Origin: a virus
Strand: one strand, 5' to 3'
IMG/VR virus record: IMGVR_UViG_3300029268_000006
Coordinates: 32,001 to 96,000 of that record
Length of the DNA: 64,000 nt
Position numbers and translations under genes: made by a program. This document shows, in pieces, positions 37,870-48,806 of the stretch. The notes beneath the pieces were generated by a model. The model had not been told where the DNA came from, ran no database searches, and worked only from the letters and a program-made list of their open reading frames with translations. The number at the start of each line of letters is the position of its first letter. Within the stretch, counting starts at the first letter, position 1.

Positions 37870-38322
37870 TTGGAACTAATTAATAATATATATAAATTAT
37901 CTTCAAAAATCAATCACCTTAAAAATATGAATTTCTATTTGGTACTAAGTAAAGATAACAGAAAATGGAAGAAATATATTAAAGTAAACAGAATACGAAA
38001 TAAGGTAATAATCGATATTAAGACAGCACTGGAAGAAAATGATATAACAGATGAAAAATTTTCTGATTATTTCAATTTATTAATTTATACCAGAATCATA
38101 CAGGCACTAAATAAAGAAAAGGATGTGTATTACATCCCTAACTTCTCGAATAAGAAATTCGATATAAAAGAAATATTTAAGATTAAAAAGATATTAACTG
38201 GTGGAACTTATTTTAATATCCTGATGTTTTTTGATGAATTTAAGGATGATGTTAGATTCCAGAATGAAGTTTTAACAAATATTACTTTATTTGATAAATC
38301 TCAAATAATTAAGGATTATTAA
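37870..38322 (+). CDS. Hypothetical protein
   Basis: 150-aa ORF; the start may be ATG about 37928. Confidence 0.55.
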   Translation: MELINNIYKLSSKINHLKNMNFYLVLSKDNRKWKKYIKVNRIRNKVIIDIKTALEENDITDEKFSDYFNLLIYTRIIQALNKEKDVYYIPNFSNKKFDIKEIFKIKKILTGGTYFNILMFFDEFKDDVRFQNEVLTNITLFDKSQIIKDY

Positions 38323-38786
38323 GATAAATATTTAGATAAGTTTGGACAACCCATTTCATTAAGATACATAGATAAAGCTTTATATCTCAATTCTTTGGAT
38401 AATAATGGATTTTTATCTCTTACGGAAAGAAAATCAACTAAATTTTTCCATCTGGCTGCATATTCTCTATCTTCCCAATCACCAGCAATATTCATCATTT
38501 CCTGCCACTCTTTTTCCTTTTGTTCTATTTCTTTACGTAAAGAATTGCAATAATTTAACCATTTTTCACCCCTATTTGGATCAAATTCTGGACCAAAATC
38601 GTCCATATTTGATATTGATATTTTATTAAATCTACTTTGTATTTCATTTTCATAAAAAGTATCAGCATTAAAAAACATATCATCTGCTTTTTTTCTACAA
38701 TATTGATAACTTTCTGTGGTTTCGGCAATTACTTTTACAGTGGAAGTAATATCATTTCCATTTTCATCAATAACAATATATTTCAT
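38319..38786 (-). CDS. Hypothetical protein
   Basis: 155-aa ORF. Confidence 0.65.
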   Translation of the reverse strand: MKYIVIDENGNDITSTVKVIAETTESYQYCRKKADDMFFNADTFYENEIQSRFNKISISNMDDFGPEFDPNRGEKWLNYCNSLRKEIEQKEKEWQEMMNIAGDWEDREYAARWKNLVDFLSVRDKNPLLSKELRYKALSMYLNEMGCPNLSKYLS

Positions 38787-38795
38787 ATTTTTAAT

Positions 38796-39320
38796 TTAAC
38801 AAGTAAGTAATTCTAATTCACAGGGTGGTTCGGTAAAAATATCATTTAGAATTGTTCTTCTAGATTCATTGATATATTTTTCTTCATTTTTATATTGAAC
38901 ACCATTTATCCAATATTCTTGTTTAAAAATTTCAATATAAGCTGGATTATTAACTCTATGCCAAAATCCGTTTTTACTGTATATTTTAAGACTATCAGAT
39001 TCATAGGCTGGTAAATCACCATCTCTATGTAATTTTCCATTGATTACCCAAATACATATATCGTTTTTTCTTATAAATGCTGGACCATTTTTTCGATAAA
39101 GTTTGTTATCTAAAAAATAAAGGATATCACCACTAAATATATCTATTTGTCCATAACCTTCTATTTTAATATTACATTTTTCTATATTTTCTGTATATAT
39201 TCTAATTGTTAATTTAATACCATTTTCCATAACATTATCTGTTACAAAATGTGCTATTTTTCGTAAATCTCCACTTCCATGTTCTACTAAATTCGAACTT
39301 GTTCTTTTTTTACCCCACAT
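38796..39320 (-). CDS. Protein with HR.(D/N)GPA beta-hairpin (MORN-like) repeats
   Basis: LYRKNGPA, LHRDGDLPA, WHRVNNPA..EYWING. Confidence 0.7.
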   Translation of the reverse strand: MWGKKRTSSNLVEHGSGDLRKIAHFVTDNVMENGIKLTIRIYTENIEKCNIKIEGYGQIDIFSGDILYFLDNKLYRKNGPAFIRKNDICIWVINGKLHRDGDLPAYESDSLKIYSKNGFWHRVNNPAYIEIFKQEYWINGVQYKNEEKYINESRRTILNDIFTEPPCELELLTC

Positions 39321-39473
39321 ATTATTTTACAGTATACCAATCACCATTATAATTTAATTGTGTCTTTTTACAATGAATGCAAGTTCTTGTCACATTAAAA
39401 TCATAAAATGATACTTTTTCTAACCATTCGTGTTTACCAAATAAACATTTTAAATAATTTTTTAGTTTTTCTT

Positions 39474-40388
39474 TCATGGTTTAATTTTTGGAATGTTTTT
39501 AAGTATATGTGAAATTACATCAATCGTCCAACCGTTGCCCAACATCTTAAATCTTTCATTAATTGGAACTCCGTCCACTTCAGTATATTTATCTGGAACT
39601 GTTTGTAGTCTTTCCGCTTCAATTATATCTAATTTCCGATAAACATCATTATTATAATCCAGACAAATATTTAACCCAGCACAAGTTGTTGATAATGTAC
39701 AAGTTTTACCATTTGGAAAATATGCTCTATGTCCTTGTGATTTCCACCCAGTATCATTTAAATCCCATTGAACATAGGTTCCTTTTTTAGTTATCCATTT
39801 ACTTCTGGTAATTCTACTATCTTTTTTTAAGAGTCTGTGTTTTGCGTTATTATTGATTATGTCCTTAAATGATAAATATTTGTTTTTTGGCAAATCAACA
39901 ACAGGAATATTTGTCCAATAAAGTCTCCGTCTATTTTGAGCAGATACCAAATTACTATTAATTTCGATTAAGATGGTATCCGGATAAATTTTCAACAACA
40001 TTTCTGTTATTTGATTTTTCCATTTTTCTAACATAATAACATTTTCGAGTAAGAAATATTTGGGTTTCGTTTCTTTTAATATTCTTATGAATTCCAAAAA
40101 CAATCCACTTTTAAGACCATTCAACCCCAATCCATTGGGGTTTGATCTACTTAAATCCTGACAAGGACTACCTGCAAACAAAAGGTCAATTTCCTCTTTA
40201 AATGAATGACCATTGACCCCCCGTACATCATTGAGTTGAATTGTATTAGGATAATTACATTGTGTTACTAATTTGGAAAATTGATCAATTTCACTTGCAT
40301 AATAATTATCATATTTTATTCCCGCTTTATTTAGTGCGATTTGTCCACATGACATTCCATCGAATAATGATAAGATATTGTATCCCAT
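39474..40388 (-). CDS. dcm: C5-cytosine DNA methyltransferase
   Basis: LFDGMSCG, SEID, GSPCQDLS, ENV, QNRRRLYW, ERLQT, LGNGW. Confidence 0.92.
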   Translation of the reverse strand: MGYNILSLFDGMSCGQIALNKAGIKYDNYYASEIDQFSKLVTQCNYPNTIQLNDVRGVNGHSFKEEIDLLFAGSPCQDLSRSNPNGLGLNGLKSGLFLEFIRILKETKPKYFLLENVIMLEKWKNQITEMLLKIYPDTILIEINSNLVSAQNRRRLYWTNIPVVDLPKNKYLSFKDIINNNAKHRLLKKDSRITRSKWITKKGTYVQWDLNDTGWKSQGHRAYFPNGKTCTLSTTCAGLNICLDYNNDVYRKLDIIEAERLQTVPDKYTEVDGVPINERFKMLGNGWTIDVISHILKNIPKIKP

Positions 40389-40397
40389 ATTTTTTAT

Positions 40398-40751
40398 TTA
40401 AAGTTCGTTAATACTATTTCTATCTGTTGTGTCTTTATCAAATACTGTTTCATTTATTTCTTGAACAAAATCTTCAAATTCTCTTCTGTTTTTCATAATC
40501 ATGTAATCACCAGAATCAAATTTTATATAAAAGTTGGTTTTTCTTTCGTGTAACGAAATTAACATTACATTATTACTTGTTACACCCATTCCGAATAGAT
40601 TTGTGTATAATGACAATACATAATCATCATCCATATAAATCAGTGCTTTATTTGGATGATCAGATGATATAACTATGATTTTTTCTGTATTTTTTAGGAG
40701 ATTTCTAACTATTTGAAATAGTTTAGTCCTGACTTCCGGTTTTAATTTCAT
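40398..40751 (-). CDS. Hypothetical protein
   Basis: 117-aa ORF with a TAATTTTG element upstream. Confidence 0.65.
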   Translation of the reverse strand: MKLKPEVRTKLFQIVRNLLKNTEKIIVISSDHPNKALIYMDDDYVLSLYTNLFGMGVTSNNVMLISLHERKTNFYIKFDSGDYMIMKNRREFEDFVQEINETVFDKDTTDRNSINEL

Positions 40752-40902
40752 ATTACAAAATTATGAAAAAATAATTAAATAAAAAAATTTAATTGAAATA
40801 TATTTTATATTCCCCTCAAATATAGGAAAAAAATTCAATAAAAAAAAATTCAATAGGTGTTTCCATTTTTAATATATAAAAACAAAAGTAATATAATTTT
40901 AG

Positions 40903-42741
40903 ATGGTTCACAATGAAATGAGTTTTTTATTTAATCCAACAATACAGCCAACTGTGGGTGATCCGATTAGAGTAAACAATAATAACAATACTGGTGATAT
41001 TTTTGGAACGATTCCAACGAAAACTAAAGCTAGAATTTATAAAGATCCGGGTGATGGTAAAAATGTAATAGATTATGTGAATAATAAAATATATGCTAGG
41101 GATAGATTAGAACAAGACCCATATGTTACATTGTTGAATTATTTTAATGATTCTGGAACTAAAGGTCCAATTTCAATGATTTTAAAACCAGCGGATTTTG
41201 TTTATTTAAAAGATTTGGGGGTTTATCCAATCAATAGATTAATAATTTTAAGAAGATATAGGGATGGTTGTATTGTACCAAATAATCTAACATTATTTAA
41301 AGAGAAACCAATAGCAACCGTAATTGGGTGGATTAAAGTGGATGATTCAAATAAAGATTTATTTTCATTTTCTTTTGGTGAAAGTTGGGTTGATCAAACT
41401 GATACATTAGATAAGGTTATTGGAAAAATAATGAAAGAACAATTTGGTGTAAGTGTAGGTGATTTTTTACCAGTTCCTGCTTGGTCACAAGGGTTTTTAT
41501 TTGGTATGTTAAACCGTATGGGTTTAACAACATACAGTGCAACTAATGTTCCTACTGGTGATCCAAATGTATTAAGAACATCAAAAATGAGAGAAGTTGA
41601 ATCACAATCATTAAAAAGTGATTTGAAAATCACTTTTGAAACATCATATGAACAGAAATATATCGATAAAGTAGATCCGGGTTTGGCATTTCAAGATATT
41701 TTGTCAAATTTGGCTAGAATCGGAACATCTGATCAGAGGTTTATTTTAAATGCGGATAATAATAATTCTTTTAGTAAATTTGTTGAGGCCGTAAATGCAA
41801 AAGCCGAATATGCATCAAGTGCGTGGGTCGCGTTTGGAAAACAATTAATAGATGAATTTATGGGTGCGATTACTGATTTTTTTTATGGTGAAAAATCTGA
41901 ATTTGCACCAATATATGATAGTATTACTAAAGAAAATGTAAAATTGGCCGGAAGTGACACAGAAAGGGATAAAAAAATAGCGAGTTTAGATGCTGATATT
42001 GCAAGATTTAAAAAATTAAAAGATAAATCTAAAAATAATAAAGAATTTTGGGACAGACAAATTTTAGATAAAGAAAACAAAAAGAATGAAATTTTAAATC
42101 CAAAAGAAAAACCAAAAATAAAACAAGATTCATTACAAAAAATGAGTGGGGCGAAAGAAACATTTGATGCAATATCAGGTGTAATGGAAAGGGGTGCTAA
42201 TACTTTATTAGCAGGTTCTGTTTATCGTTATCGTTGGCCTTTAATAGGAAGTATTGGTTTAATGAGTGGACTATCTACAACACCTTGGCATTTAACAGTT
42301 GGAAATCCATTTTCACCAATTTTAAGTATGGGAAATGTTTATTTAGAAAATGGTGTTGATTTAAAATTTAGTAATGAATTAGGTTTTCAGGACATGCCCA
42401 AAAGGGTTGATGTTACAATTGATTTAAAAATGGGTAGACCACTTGGTAGATGGGAAATTGAAAGAATGTTTAATAATCAATATGGTAGGGTTTATACAAA
42501 AGCTGCAGTGGATGGTGGGACTTTGGGTGAAGTCGAAATAACAGCTAAACGTGAATCAATTATTAAATCTCCAAATGGCCAAGTAAATTTAGATTTAAGT
42601 AATTTTAAAACTACAATGAAACCAGTTCCGACACTAAATGCTATTGTACCAAATGATAAAACCCAAGATGATCCAGTGACTTATTATGGAAATGGTAATT
42701 TTAAATATCAAGAAAATCCAGAGGGTGGTTATACCTCTTAA
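40903..42741 (+). CDS. Putative baseplate/tail structural protein
   Basis: First gene of the TAATATATA-led structural operon; beta-rich C-terminal domain WHLTVGNPFSP..VDVTIDLK. Confidence 0.5.
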   Translation: MVHNEMSFLFNPTIQPTVGDPIRVNNNNNTGDIFGTIPTKTKARIYKDPGDGKNVIDYVNNKIYARDRLEQDPYVTLLNYFNDSGTKGPISMILKPADFVYLKDLGVYPINRLIILRRYRDGCIVPNNLTLFKEKPIATVIGWIKVDDSNKDLFSFSFGESWVDQTDTLDKVIGKIMKEQFGVSVGDFLPVPAWSQGFLFGMLNRMGLTTYSATNVPTGDPNVLRTSKMREVESQSLKSDLKITFETSYEQKYIDKVDPGLAFQDILSNLARIGTSDQRFILNADNNNSFSKFVEAVNAKAEYASSAWVAFGKQLIDEFMGAITDFFYGEKSEFAPIYDSITKENVKLAGSDTERDKKIASLDADIARFKKLKDKSKNNKEFWDRQILDKENKKNEILNPKEKPKIKQDSLQKMSGAKETFDAISGVMERGANTLLAGSVYRYRWPLIGSIGLMSGLSTTPWHLTVGNPFSPILSMGNVYLENGVDLKFSNELGFQDMPKRVDVTIDLKMGRPLGRWEIERMFNNQYGRVYTKAAVDGGTLGEVEITAKRESIIKSPNGQVNLDLSNFKTTMKPVPTLNAIVPNDKTQDDPVTYYGNGNFKYQENPEGGYTS

Positions 42742-42755
42742 AAAATAAATTAAAA

Positions 42756-43235
42756 ATGGCAAACTTATATACATTAGAAAACGCAACAATTCAAATAGAC
42801 AGTGATGGAAATCCGATCACAAATATTATCACACCATTGGTTATTACACGTGATGATATAACATTATATCCACATATAATAACTATCACGGAGGAAATGA
42901 GACCGGATTTGATTACTTGGTCGATATATGGTAAGAAAGGATATATTGATGAAATTATGACATTAAACAATATAGTTGATGTTTTTTCTATAAGGCAAGG
43001 TGATATAGTGTGGTTTTGTGATGAAAGTGATATTCCAAAATTACAAGTTGCACAAGGTTCAAAAACAAATGCTGAAATTATTAATTCTTTAGTTGATCCG
43101 AATTCTGAAAGAAAAATAGATTTTAATAGAGAAACTGGTGAAAATTTATTACCATCAATTAAGCCAACAAATTTGAAACAAGTTCAGGTTGATTCAAATA
43201 ATAGTACTATAACAATAATTAATAAACTAAAATGA
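42756..43235 (+). CDS. Putative baseplate wedge protein (gp53/LysM-like)
   Basis: RPDLITWSIYG...IDEIMTLNNI..I..GD pattern; gene context. Confidence 0.6.
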   Translation: MANLYTLENATIQIDSDGNPITNIITPLVITRDDITLYPHIITITEEMRPDLITWSIYGKKGYIDEIMTLNNIVDVFSIRQGDIVWFCDESDIPKLQVAQGSKTNAEIINSLVDPNSERKIDFNRETGENLLPSIKPTNLKQVQVDSNNSTITIINKLK

Positions 43236-44653
43236 TAAAAAGAATAACATCATCGGATAAAGTAATGGAGGAATTGGTAATATCTTATAAAGAAGACGTA
43301 ACCGAATCAGATGCTCAGATTTGGGCTAGGGATTTGGGAAAATTTCCGTATATGGTTTTTTCATATGGTAATAAATTGGCATTGGATGCGAATGATATAA
43401 TTTATTTTAAATTAATTGGTGATGGTTATATTCCGGAAATACAAGTTGTTTTTAGAGACCCAACAAATAAACTAATTGATGATAATTTCCCATTAGATAA
43501 ATCAATTGTGAGTTTGATGATAAAATCAAATTCTGAAATTTTAATGCCAATAAGATGTGATTTTTATATTACTAATTTTAATCCAGTTAAAAGTTCGTCA
43601 ATTGGTGATGATAAAGTTTTTACTATGAGAGCTGTATTGGATTTGCCAATAATTATTAAAAATTCCAGTTTTCCAAAAATGACAAGTTTTGATGTGTTGA
43701 AAAAAATTGCAAACGAATGTTTATTGGGTTTTTGTACAAATATCGATAATACAACTGACACTATGACTTGGATATGTCCGGGTGATGATTATATTAAAGA
43801 ATTTATACCAGAAACAGTTTCACAGGCATATAAAAGTAATGATAGTTTCTTATGGTCTTTTGTTGATTATTATTATAATTTAAATTATATTGATATTGAA
43901 ACAGAATTAAACGAAAATATAAATAGTCAATTAACAGTTTTAAACACAAAAGATACAAAAGATACTGAAGAAACAATACCATTAATATTAAATAATCATC
44001 CAAATTCAAAACATTCCAATTTATATATTCAATCTTGGAATTTGATAAATGATAGTACATCTATAAATTTTGATGTTGGTTATGAACCTTATATTTATTA
44101 TTTTGATGATTTGGGAAAGAAATTTAATTATTTATTAATGGATACGATTTCTACAGCTGGTGACGATAAATCAAAAATAGTTTTGAAACAAAGAAATGAT
44201 GATGTTAATACAAACGCTGGAAATGTTCAACAGAAAAAGAAATATTTTATGGGAAAAATTGATACAGATAATGTTCATGAGAATTTTATTTATACCCAAT
44301 TACAAAATAAGAATAACATTAAATCACTTCAAAAAATAAAAATAAATGTTGTTTTACCAAATCCAAATTTTGAACTTTATCGTTTTCAACCAGTTGAAAT
44401 TGTTTTATATGATTTAAATGATATGCAAGCAAAAGCAGGAAAAAGTGATAATAGTGTTCAACAAACAATCAATAATGAAAATAGAATAAATAATAGATTA
44501 TCAGGAAAATGGTTAATAACTGGTATTAATTGGATTTTTGATAAACCAAGTGGAAAATATAGAGGTAATCAAACAGTTTTTAGACAAGAAGTGACACTTG
44601 TTAGAAGAGAATTAACCACATTATATACAAATAAAAAAGTAACAACAACATAA
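43232..44653 (+). CDS. Putative baseplate hub protein (gp27/VgrG-like position)
   Basis: Context; C-terminal RLSGKWLITGI..QEVTLVRRE is typical of hub proteins. Confidence 0.5.
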   Translation: MIKRITSSDKVMEELVISYKEDVTESDAQIWARDLGKFPYMVFSYGNKLALDANDIIYFKLIGDGYIPEIQVVFRDPTNKLIDDNFPLDKSIVSLMIKSNSEILMPIRCDFYITNFNPVKSSSIGDDKVFTMRAVLDLPIIIKNSSFPKMTSFDVLKKIANECLLGFCTNIDNTTDTMTWICPGDDYIKEFIPETVSQAYKSNDSFLWSFVDYYYNLNYIDIETELNENINSQLTVLNTKDTKDTEETIPLILNNHPNSKHSNLYIQSWNLINDSTSINFDVGYEPYIYYFDDLGKKFNYLLMDTISTAGDDKSKIVLKQRNDDVNTNAGNVQQKKKYFMGKIDTDNVHENFIYTQLQNKNNIKSLQKIKINVVLPNPNFELYRFQPVEIVLYDLNDMQAKAGKSDNSVQQTINNENRINNRLSGKWLITGINWIFDKPSGKYRGNQTVFRQEVTLVRRELTTLYTNKKVTTT

Positions 44654-44654
44654 T

Positions 44655-47600
44655 ATGGCCGGAGGAGGTTTAATAAGTAGCATATCTAGTATTAGTAATA
44701 GTAGTAGGGGTATTGGGAGTTCAATATATAAAATGAAAAATCCAAATAATTTCGCAACCGCTTCTGTTGAATTGGCAAATTCTGCAATAAATTTAGCTGG
44801 TAGTATTGGTAGTTTACAAAGAGGAATTAATGATTTATTTTATAATGATAGAGATGTTATAAATCAGGATATGAATATAATGACAGGTAATAATTATATT
44901 TCCGGTTACGAGAAGATTCCATTTCAACCACTTATGAATATGATTATTCCGGATGATGCCAAGGAAATTATGGGGATGAAACAAGACATCAGAACTCAAC
45001 CGATGGTTGATTATGATATGGAAAATTTTAAATATTCATTGGATAGACAAACCGATAATACGGATTATTATTATGAAGACCCATTATTTGTTTCATTTGA
45101 TTTAATGTTTGATGATATGGAATCACCATTATTTACTGAAGTGGATAATTTCTTTGAAACTTATTATACTAACAATGATAATATTGCATTTTTTAAAGCT
45201 TGGAGTTATTATGATAAATTCAAACAATTATTTTGGAAAATATTTAATTCAACATCACACCCAGATAAAAAATCAAATAAAGTTTGGTATATAAATTCTA
45301 TTACTGGATTGGATAAATTAACATCAAAAATTCCAAAATATACTGAAGATAAATTGACAATCACATTATCGGAAGATATTGCAATGTTGGTTAATTATTT
45401 GGTAGATTCATATAATAATTTTGCATATAATTATAGGGATCAAAGATATAATTTACCAGATAATTTATTAAGATTTAAAATGATGATTCAATTTACAGAT
45501 ATGAGAACAATGAAATTGTTGGATCATTTCGAAACACCGGGATATATGTATGATAAAGCGACCCAAATATACACATTATATGATTGTAACTTTGATTTTT
45601 TCAATTCTAAGAACTTCGCTGACGAAGTTATAAATGGTGGATATGGTGCGTCTAAAAATGACACACCCGCAACAGTTAAATTTGATATAATATACAAATC
45701 GATTCAAAAGGAATTTAGAACACCTTTACTCAAAGGTGAAAGAGATAATATAGTTGATAATAAAGAATATGATGTGTCATCAAGAAATATTTTAAATTTC
45801 AGAAGTAATTTGAAAAGAACTGATGAAAATGAATTGGAATTAAAAGATATTTTAAAAAATGCATTTGGTATCGCTAATTCATTAAATAATATGTTACAAG
45901 ATTATATACCAAAAATTCCAATCCCAATTCCAAGCTTACCCCCAGATGTTTTGGGTACGACATATGAGAGTGTAATACCAGTTAATAAGGCTTTGATTTT
46001 AAATCAAGATACAGACGATAGAAAAATTAATCCGTTGGCTGCTAGAAAAAAATTAATTGAAGATTTTACAAAATCGATGGAACCATCATTAATACCAAAT
46101 TTGAGAATAACTGGAACTACTATAAATAGTTTGGGATATGATTTTGAACAAATAATTGAATTACCAAGGTCTGAATCATTGAAAAATGTTTTTGAAAATA
46201 ATGTATCATCACCTTTACCTGTTTATACAAATCTTGGATTTATTGAATTGTTTTTAAAATCACCTTTTTCTGGTAATTTGGGTGAAATTGAATTATATTT
46301 AAAACCGACATTTTCTGGCAATTTGGGTGAAATTGAATTATATTTAAAACCACCTTTTTCAGATGATTTGGGATATAATTATCAAAACATATCAACACCA
46401 ACACACGATAATCTTGGAATTTTGCCGTTTATTACAAACCCATTTGTTGTTGGAAATTTGGGTTATGATTTTCAGAATATTTCGAATCAGGAACATGAAA
46501 ATTTAGGAATTTTACCTTTTATTATTAATCCTGTTATTGTTGGTAATTTGGGATATGATTATCAAAATTTACCCACTATATTACATGGTGATCTTGGAAT
46601 AGAATTTGAAAATAATATAAATATTGTACCACAAAATTTAGGTAATGATTATCTTAATATTGGAAAAAGACCACCGATTCCAGATATAATTTTATTTGGA
46701 GGATCTATAATAAACCCATCAAATTTGGGTTATATTTATACAAATATTCAAGAGTTGACGAATATAAATTTAGGAATAAATTTTGATAATACAGTTAAAA
46801 GACAATTAACATCCTTAAATACTTTATATAATAATTTTATTAAAAAACAAGAAATTATATTGGGTAATGATTTCACAAATTTAACTAAAATTAAAAATGA
46901 ATTAAATTTGGGAAATTCGTTTGATATTTCTGAAAAAATAAATATTGAATTGAAATTATTAAATGTTTATGATAATGTTGGTCAAAAAAATAATATTGAT
47001 AATGTTGTTCTTTTTGAAAAATCAGAAAAACAAATATCTGAATTAAATAATATATTTGATAATGTTGTTGAAAAAAAATCAATTATAAATATGGGTGAGT
47101 CGTTTATTGGGGTTGAAAAATCGTTAATTGATGATATGGGTGAAGTCTTTACGGGAACCGAAAAATTACCAACCAATGATATGGGTGAAGTCTTTACAGG
47201 AACCGAAAAATTACCAACCAATGATATGGGTGAAGTCTTTACGGGAACTGAAAAATTACTAACCAATGATATGGGTGAAGTCTTTACGGGAACCGAAAAA
47301 TTACAAATTAATGATATGGGTGAGGTGTTTATTGGAACTGAAAAATTACCAACCAATGATATGGGTGAGGTGTTTACAGGAACTGAAAAATTACTAACCA
47401 ATGATATGGGTGAAGTCTTTACGGGAACCGAAAAATTACTAACCAATGATATGGGTGAAGTCTTTACGGGAACCGAAAAATTACCAATTAATGATATGGG
47501 TGAAGTCTTTACGGGAACCGAAAAATTACTAACCAATGATATGGGTGAAGTCTTTACGGGGGGTGAAAAATCGTTAATTGATGATATGGGTGAAGTTTTT

Positions 47601-48806
47601 ACAGGAACTGAAAAATTACCAATTAATGATATGGGTGAGGTGTTTATTGGGGTTGAAAAATCGTTGATTGATAATATTGGTGAAATTTATTCTAATTTAC
47701 AAACAAAAAATAAAACAAATATGGATGATATTTTTATTAATAATATTGATAAACAAGATAAATATCTAAAAACAACACAAACTGGTGATGTTTTAGGATA
47801 TTCTTATGATAAATACGGTAATTTGATTCCTATTTTTATACACGATGAAGAAAATGAAACTGTAACAACAAATATATATAAATCTTTAGATACAAATATA
47901 TCAGACACCACAAAAAAAGAAATAATTTTTTCTGATATGGGACAGGTATTTAATGGTATAAACCAACCACCAATAGCCGATATGGGACAAGTTTTCAATG
48001 GTATAAACCAACTACCGATTGAAGATATGGGTCGGGTATTTAATGGCATGAACCAACCACCGATTGAAGATATGGGTCAAGTTTTCAATGGTATAAATCA
48101 ACCACCGATTGAAGATATGGGCCAGGTATTTAATGGTATGAACCAACCACCGATTGAAGATATGGGTCAGGTATTTAATGGTATAAATCAACCACCGATT
48201 GAAGATATGGGTCAAGTTTTCAATGGTATAAACCAACCACCAATAGCCGATATGGGACAAGTTTTCAATGGTATGAACCAACCACCGATTGAAGATATGG
48301 GTCAGGTATTTAATGGTATAAATCAACCACCGATTGAAGATATGGGTCAAGTTTTTAATGGTATAAATCAACCACCGATTGAAGATATGGGTCAGGTATT
48401 TAATGGCATGAACCAACCACCGATTGAAGATATGGGTCAGGTATTTAATGGCATGAACCAACCACCGATTGAAGATATGGGTCAAGTTTTTAATGGTATA
48501 AATCAACCACCGATTGAAGATATGGGTCAGGTATTTAATGGCATGAACCAACCACCGATTGAAGATATGGGTCAAGTTTTTAATGGTATATATGATAATA
48601 ATATAATAAAAGATACCAAATTAGATGACGAAACAGTTTTTATTCAAAAACAAGAACAAAAGAGTGAAATTAATTTGGGTAATGATTTCACAAATAAATC
48701 TGATAATAAAAAAAGATTAAATGATGATAATATTTATGAACAAAATAATGAAAAACAATCAGAAAATTTGGGTAAAACATATGAAAATAATTTAGATGAC
48801 GAATGA
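44655..48806 (+). CDS. Large structural protein: globular N-terminal domain plus long 15-aa (N/D)(L/M)G repeat arrays
   Basis: 1383 aa; degenerate NLG repeats are followed by two homogenised arrays. Confidence 0.75.
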   Translation: MAGGGLISSISSISNSSRGIGSSIYKMKNPNNFATASVELANSAINLAGSIGSLQRGINDLFYNDRDVINQDMNIMTGNNYISGYEKIPFQPLMNMIIPDDAKEIMGMKQDIRTQPMVDYDMENFKYSLDRQTDNTDYYYEDPLFVSFDLMFDDMESPLFTEVDNFFETYYTNNDNIAFFKAWSYYDKFKQLFWKIFNSTSHPDKKSNKVWYINSITGLDKLTSKIPKYTEDKLTITLSEDIAMLVNYLVDSYNNFAYNYRDQRYNLPDNLLRFKMMIQFTDMRTMKLLDHFETPGYMYDKATQIYTLYDCNFDFFNSKNFADEVINGGYGASKNDTPATVKFDIIYKSIQKEFRTPLLKGERDNIVDNKEYDVSSRNILNFRSNLKRTDENELELKDILKNAFGIANSLNNMLQDYIPKIPIPIPSLPPDVLGTTYESVIPVNKALILNQDTDDRKINPLAARKKLIEDFTKSMEPSLIPNLRITGTTINSLGYDFEQIIELPRSESLKNVFENNVSSPLPVYTNLGFIELFLKSPFSGNLGEIELYLKPTFSGNLGEIELYLKPPFSDDLGYNYQNISTPTHDNLGILPFITNPFVVGNLGYDFQNISNQEHENLGILPFIINPVIVGNLGYDYQNLPTILHGDLGIEFENNINIVPQNLGNDYLNIGKRPPIPDIILFGGSIINPSNLGYIYTNIQELTNINLGINFDNTVKRQLTSLNTLYNNFIKKQEIILGNDFTNLTKIKNELNLGNSFDISEKINIELKLLNVYDNVGQKNNIDNVVLFEKSEKQISELNNIFDNVVEKKSIINMGESFIGVEKSLIDDMGEVFTGTEKLPTNDMGEVFTGTEKLPTNDMGEVFTGTEKLLTNDMGEVFTGTEKLQINDMGEVFIGTEKLPTNDMGEVFTGTEKLLTNDMGEVFTGTEKLLTNDMGEVFTGTEKLPINDMGEVFTGTEKLLTNDMGEVFTGGEKSLIDDMGEVFTGTEKLPINDMGEVFIGVEKSLIDNIGEIYSNLQTKNKTNMDDIFINNIDKQDKYLKTTQTGDVLGYSYDKYGNLIPIFIHDEENETVTTNIYKSLDTNISDTTKKEIIFSDMGQVFNGINQPPIADMGQVFNGINQLPIEDMGRVFNGMNQPPIEDMGQVFNGINQPPIEDMGQVFNGMNQPPIEDMGQVFNGINQPPIEDMGQVFNGINQPPIADMGQVFNGMNQPPIEDMGQVFNGINQPPIEDMGQVFNGINQPPIEDMGQVFNGMNQPPIEDMGQVFNGMNQPPIEDMGQVFNGINQPPIEDMGQVFNGMNQPPIEDMGQVFNGIYDNNIIKDTKLDDETVFIQKQEQKSEINLGNDFTNKSDNKKRLNDDNIYEQNNEKQSENLGKTYENNLDDE
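47088..47675 (+). repeat. 13 x 45-bp coding tandem repeat (DMGEVFTGTEKLPTN)
   Basis: Period 45 nt (47133 to 47178, etc.). Confidence 0.95.
47934..48590 (+). repeat. 14.6 x 45-bp coding tandem repeat (DMGQVFNGINQPPIE)
   Basis: Period 45 nt; 47934 + 14 x 45 = 48564 starts the last, partial unit. Confidence 0.95.

Noticed and set aside
47088-48590. 45-bp arrays as CRISPR arrays
   Set aside because: They are contiguous tandem units without unique spacers, in frame within a coding sequence, with variation mostly at synonymous positions; no cas genes are present.
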